Shown piece by piece: positions 18,619 to 21,803 of a DNA stretch of 21,803 nt. The stretch's first letter is position 1. Every line of letters begins with the position of its first letter. The notes below the pieces were generated by a model, which did not search any database, was not told the origin of the DNA, and worked only from the letters and a program-made list of their open reading frames with translations. The translations under genes and the position numbers were made by a program. The stretch is from Verrucomicrobiota bacterium (lineage in GTDB: Bacteria > Verrucomicrobiota > Verrucomicrobiia > Limisphaerales > CANJSG01): assembly GCA_038209745.1 (NCBI GenBank), contig JBBQXJ010000080.1:1-21803 (forward strand). The letters are read 5' to 3'.

Positions 18619-18668
18619 CCCTCTCCCCGTCGAATGGGAGAGAGTGCCCCGCAGGCCGGTTGGGGGCA
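18619..18668. repeat. Tandem hairpins, REP-like or terminator-like, after bcp
   Basis: CTCTCCC-cgtcgaat-GGGAGAG followed by TGCCCC-gcaggccggttg-GGGGCA. Confidence 0.45.
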
Positions 18669-18738
18669 TTGTTTCGCCCCTTGCACCCGGGGCAATGCGG
18701 TGCAGTTTGGTCACTCCGAGAAACAGACCCATTCAAAC

Positions 18739-19188
18739 ATGAACCTATCCACTCCCGACCTGACCCAGTTTCCGCCCCGCAGCCCCCGCGTCCGTCTCGG
18801 CGGCCTCGTGATCCTCGCCCGTTGCCTCGATAAATGCCGCGCCTCGCTTGCGGGCAAGCACGGTGAATACCACTACGCCTGTCCGATGGACATGCGGTTG
18901 CTCGAGTTCCTCGGGATCGATGCCGACAAGCTCAAGGCCGAAGTCGCCTCGGGCAAGGGCGACGGCGAAGTCGTCGAATGGATCATGGCCCACGCGAAGA
19001 CCAAGCGCACCGGCTCCGAGATCATCGACTGGTCCACCTGGCAGGAGAACGCGCCTCCCGGCAGCGTTGATTCCCGCGACTTTTTCCACACCCTGCACCA
19101 GCAGGCCGCGCCGAAGCGGACGGACATCTTCAACTGGTTCGACCTGCTCGACGTGGACGACTTCGCCAGCTTCGGGGGCAAGCCCTGA
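18739..19188 (+). CDS. DUF5069-like protein
   Basis: PDLTQFPPRSPRVRLGGLVILARCLDKCRASLAGKHGEYHYACPMD...FLGID and C-terminal WFDLLDVDD; 149 aa from the ATG at 18739. Confidence 0.85.
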   Translation: MNLSTPDLTQFPPRSPRVRLGGLVILARCLDKCRASLAGKHGEYHYACPMDMRLLEFLGIDADKLKAEVASGKGDGEVVEWIMAHAKTKRTGSEIIDWSTWQENAPPGSVDSRDFFHTLHQQAAPKRTDIFNWFDLLDVDDFASFGGKP

Positions 19189-19217
19189 GCCGTCGACACG
19201 GCGCACAGTTAAAGTTG

Positions 19218-19250
19218 GGGCGGACCGACCGGTCCGCCCTTCCTTGTTTT
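19218..19250 (+). terminator. Rho-independent terminator
   Basis: 9-bp stem GGGCGGACC/GGTCCGCCC, loop GACC, followed by TTCCTTGTTTT, about 30 bp after the DUF5069 stop and between convergent genes. Confidence 0.7.
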
Positions 19251-19349
19251 CATGGGCAGGGCGCCCGCGCCCCGCCGCCTCCCCGGAAAACAATACCGCC
19301 CATGCTCCATTGGGGAACATGGGCGGTTCGGCGCTTTGCCGGGCGCCCC

Positions 19350-19964
19350 TCAGGTCGCCATGTGCTGCACGGGATCGCTCCACGGGCTCGTGCCCCTGCT
19401 TCCGCCGATGGCCCGGACCTGGAGCTGATAGGTCGAGCCCGGCACCAGCCCCTCTACCTCCAGCCGGCGCGACTTGGTGCCGATGCTGCCGGACACCCAA
19501 CCGCCCGTGCCATTCATCTTGCGCACCTCGTAGGCCCGCGCGTTCTCCACCGGCGAGACCCTCAGCGCCAGCCGCGTCGTCTCGATGTTCTCGATCTGCA
19601 GGACCACCGGCGTATCCAGCGGCCCCGAGGGCGACCGGCCCGACACCGCGTCGAATCCGCTGGAGAGCAGCGTGGCCAGATCGTTCTTCATCGCCAGTTG
19701 CACGTAGTAGGCCTCCGTGCGCACCAGCGAATCCAGCTTCTGCCGCTCGATGTTCTTCTGCGCCGTCGCCGCCATGCCGCCGAGGGCGCTCATGGCCATG
19801 GCGTCGTCGAACTTCGTCAACTGCGCCTGGAGATCCGCCAGAGGCACGTCGGGGGCGGGAAACGCGGCATTGCCGGTGAGCCCGGCGATGATCCGGCCGG
19901 TGAATTCCGCCAAAGCCGAATCGGACCAATAGGCGAATCGGAGGGAGACACGATATTTTGTCAT
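19350..19964 (-). CDS. Protein with N-terminal helical domain and C-terminal fibronectin type III domain; no signal peptide
   Basis: 204 aa from MTKYRVSL. FN3 pattern P..L......L.V..V.NARAYEV...W......LEVEGLVPGSTYQLQVRAIG...SPWS. An A/C-rich leader lies upstream of the ATG. Confidence 0.85.
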   Translation of the reverse strand: MTKYRVSLRFAYWSDSALAEFTGRIIAGLTGNAAFPAPDVPLADLQAQLTKFDDAMAMSALGGMAATAQKNIERQKLDSLVRTEAYYVQLAMKNDLATLLSSGFDAVSGRSPSGPLDTPVVLQIENIETTRLALRVSPVENARAYEVRKMNGTGGWVSGSIGTKSRRLEVEGLVPGSTYQLQVRAIGGSRGTSPWSDPVQHMAT

Positions 19965-20059
19965 GGAATGATCTACTTGTGTTGATGTTTCAGTTTCAGG
20001 AGGCCTTTGGCACAACTCCCCGCGCTTGCGGGGCTAGAACCTCCTCTTCACCCCGGCCC

Positions 20060-20728
20060 TCAGCAGCACCGGTGCCAACGTCCTTTTTTTGGGCGGATCA
20101 GCCCCGGTCTTGGAACGCCTTTCCTGCAGCGCAACCCCCTGATTACAGGAGAAACCGTCGCCTCCATCTCCGCGCTGATCCCTTCCCAGCCCGCCAAACC
20201 ATGAAACCATTTCATGCCCATGAGCCGATCAATGAATTGTGGGCATCCAAAATTGCCGGGCAAACAATGCCGACCTACCCGGCAATGTCCGTCAGCCAGT
20301 CCTCCGCCGACCCGATCACAAAAACGCCAAACCAAACCAAGAAAGCGACGAACTGAACCAAGAAAACCATGGAAGAGATCACGAAAGTCGCTTACCAGAC
20401 CACGAAAACGACAAATGAGATCACAGAAACGACAAATGAGATCACAGAAATGGCAACTGAGATCACAGAAACGACAAATGAGATCACAGAAATGACAAAT
20501 GAGATCACAGAAATGACAAATGAGATCACATAAACGACATCTGAGATCACAGAAACGACAACTGAGATCACATAAATCTCGGAAGTAGTCTAAAAAACCT
20601 CGGACTTGATCAAAGAAACGCCGATCCAGACCTGGAAAATCCCATTCCCGATCAAAAACCCGGCAGAACCGACCCGGGAAAAGCCATCCCGGCCCCCGTT
20701 GCGGCAAACGGGAGTTCGCCGCAAACAT
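20060..20728 (-). CDS. Possible Cys-rich heptad-repeat protein encoded by the 21-bp array
   Basis: 222-aa frame open across the whole array, with heptads F-[CRLF]-[DG]-L-[IVSF]-[CR]-[RHG]. Several unit-to-unit changes are synonymous in this frame. No clear RBS, and the flanking parts look non-protein-like. Confidence 0.35.
   Translation of the reverse strand: MFAANSRLPQRGPGWLFPGRFCRVFDREWDFPGLDRRFFDQVRGFLDYFRDLCDLSCRFCDLRCRLCDLICHFCDLICHFCDLICRFCDLSCHFCDLICRFCDLICRFRGLVSDFRDLFHGFLGSVRRFLGLVWRFCDRVGGGLADGHCRVGRHCLPGNFGCPQFIDRLMGMKWFHGLAGWEGISAEMEATVSPVIRGLRCRKGVPRPGLIRPKKGRWHRCC
20312..20689. repeat. 21-bp-period tandem array (18 units, 8 near-identical core units)
   Basis: Core consensus GAGATCACAGAAA[C/T]GACAAAT at 20417, 20438, 20459, 20480, 20501, 20522, 20543 and 20564 (the last conserved only in its 5' part). 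Degenerate in-register units occur at 20312-20416 and 20585-20689, with no indels. Confidence 0.95.
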
Positions 20729-20744
20729 TTCGAAGGAGTGCCGG

Positions 20745-20896
20745 AGGTAAGGCGACGGCCCCCGCCGAGCCGCCTGGGGATGAACTCGCTTCTTGAATGC
20801 GACACGGGCAACTCCGAAACGCCCCGCCGTCGCCAGAGCCGCTGCCCCGTCGGCAGCGGATCCAACGGCGGCTCGGCGGGAGCCAGCACCTTACCT
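20745..20896. repeat. Inverted-repeat element copy 3
   Basis: AGGTAAGGCGACGGCCCCCGCCGAGCCGCC (20745-20774) and GGCGGCTCGGCGGGAGCCAGCACCTTACCT (20867-20896) are inverted at 26/30. Inner motif GGCAACTCCG...GTCGCCAGAG as in copies 1 and 2. Confidence 0.8.
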
Positions 20897-21047
20897 TTCC
20901 GGGACACCGCCCCCATCTCCTGCGGATGGGGTTTGCCGCTCCAGACGATGAACCGGCGACTCAACCGGCGAGGGTAGCCGGTTGAGGAATTTCGCGAAGC
21001 GAAAGCCCCCGCAGGGTGAGCCGGCAGGGAGCCGGCGAATCAATCAA

Positions 21048-21194
21048 GCCCAGATACGACTGCTCCGTGCGCAGCAACCCACGACGGAAGCGGATCACCT
21101 CCCGGCGCTGGTCCGCCAGTTTCAGTTTCGGGTTCGGCTCGATGCTCCCCAGCGGTTCACGTCTCGAAGACCAGGGTATCGCGGAACGCTCCAT
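21048..21194 (-). pseudogene. intI: Integron integrase N-terminal (SAM-like domain) fragment
   Basis: IEPNPKLKLADQRREVIRFRRGLLRTEQSYLG resembles the IntI N-terminal pattern P(K)LLDQVREx(I/L)RxxHYSxRTEQ(S/A)YxxW. The resemblance ends after ~49 codons. It is divergent from a GTTRRRY site plus ORF. Confidence 0.65.
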
Positions 21195-21289
21195 GCATGG
21201 CCAAACTCGCGGCTTGCCAATCGGACGCAACCCACTTAATCGTGGGAACCAATGGAGAAACCGGAAAACACGCGCACCCGTGCAAGGCC

Positions 21290-21325
21290 AAACTGAGTTT
21301 GGCCTTGCAACAATGTTAGGCGGCA
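21290..21325 (+). mobile_element. Putative attI recombination core site
   Basis: GTTAGGC at 21315-21321 (GTTRRRY), about 120 bp upstream of the divergent intI fragment and 12 bp before an ATG. Confidence 0.55.
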
Positions 21326-21333
21326 TTACGCGC

Positions 21334-21803
21334 ATGACCACACAGCCCAACAATCACAGCACAGAGATTCCGGTTCTCCCCGGACATCACCGCCGGACGA
21401 TGTGGCATTTCGTTCGCTGCTGGCTCGGCATGGTTGTGGGCATTGGCGTGTTCGGCCTTGGGCTTCATTGGCAGTCGGTCGCAGTGCAGGTCATTGGCGG
21501 AGTCGTAGCTTTCGCTGCGTTCCTTTGGATGTTCAGCACCATCGGTCGCGCCCAGTCGGAGCGCTGTCCATCCTGTTCGGCGGTGATGGCGCAGGGGTGG
21601 GACGACAAGCGGCAGAGTTCAAACGGTGTGTTCACCTGTCCGCAGTGCCAGAGTCGTTGGCGCCATCGGTGGCCGAAGAGGGGTAGGAAAGCAGGAGCGC
21701 ATGAGGGAGGAGAACGAGCCAGGAAGAGCGTTCCGCGCGTCGTGTTGAGCGGGGTCGCCGGGAGGTTGTTTTCTTGGGAAAACCCCGCGAACGCCCGTAT
21801 AAA
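21334..21803 (+). CDS. Two-TM membrane protein with CxxC...CxxC zinc ribbon; probable first integron cassette (no stop within window)
   Basis: Manual translation: MTTQPNNHSTEIPVLPGHHRRTMWHFVRCWLGMVVGIGVFGLGLHWQSVAVQVIGGVVAFAAFLWMFSTIGRAQSERCPSCSAVMAQGWDDKRQSSNGVFTCPQCQSRWRH... It is absent from the ORF track because it runs off the end. Sequence after ~21665 looks unrelated. Confidence 0.7.
   Translation, partial: MTTQPNNHSTEIPVLPGHHRRTMWHFVRCWLGMVVGIGVFGLGLHWQSVAVQVIGGVVAFAAFLWMFSTIGRAQSERCPSCSAVMAQGWDDKRQSSNGVFTCPQCQSRWRHRWPKRGRKAGAHEGGERARKSVPRVVLSGVAGRLFSWENPANARI

Noticed and set aside
18745..19985. Long overlapping ORFs 18745-19929, 18848-19879 and 19215-19985
   Set aside because: Low-complexity Arg/Pro/Ala translations overlapping the DUF5069 and FN3 genes.
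20214..20495. + strand RSQKRQM-repeat ORF
   Set aside because: Terminates mid-array at TGA; a by-product of the repeat.
20369..20533. + strand EITETTN-repeat peptide
   Set aside because: The frame is interrupted by TGA/TAA stops within the array and gives only ~54 aa; it is less consistent with the variation pattern than the minus frame.
20312..20689. CRISPR array or other guide-RNA-type array
   Set aside because: Units are contiguous 21-mers with no unique spacers, and no cas or nuclease gene is present in the window.
21402..21686. 94-aa ORF from the track as the cassette gene
   Set aside because: The overlapping frame starting at 21334 gives two clean TM segments and paired CxxC motifs, so it is the more plausible gene.

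Overview
GC-rich bacterial chromosomal segment, most likely from Verrucomicrobiota (PVC superphylum). This is inferred from a PVC-type heme-binding CxxCH protein, a GloVer-type repeat protein, a DUF5069-like protein and the repeat style. The core holds housekeeping and carbohydrate-related genes: argG, an MFS transporter, a Tat-lipoprotein glycosylasparaginase, exported GalM, an SGNH hydrolase, an aldo/keto reductase, a PVC-type cytochrome c dehydrogenase, an FG-GAP protein, a UvrA variant, a GloVer-repeat protein, a pgsA-like gene, bcp and DUF5069. The more unusual signals are non-genic or decayed: (i) an 18-unit, 21-bp-period tandem array upstream of a signal-peptide-less helical-bundle+FN3 gene, whose co-oriented frame reads as a Cys-rich F-x-D-L heptad protein; (ii) integron relics at both window ends (a solo cassette between two damaged attC sites on the left; an intI N-terminal fragment, a GTTAGGC core site and an uncalled Zn-ribbon membrane gene on the right); (iii) three copies of a ~150-165 bp inverted-repeat element with a conserved inner motif; (iv) two GTAG...CTAC palindromic elements sitting in-frame inside uvrA. 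All family calls come from motif recognition by eye; no database searches were run.
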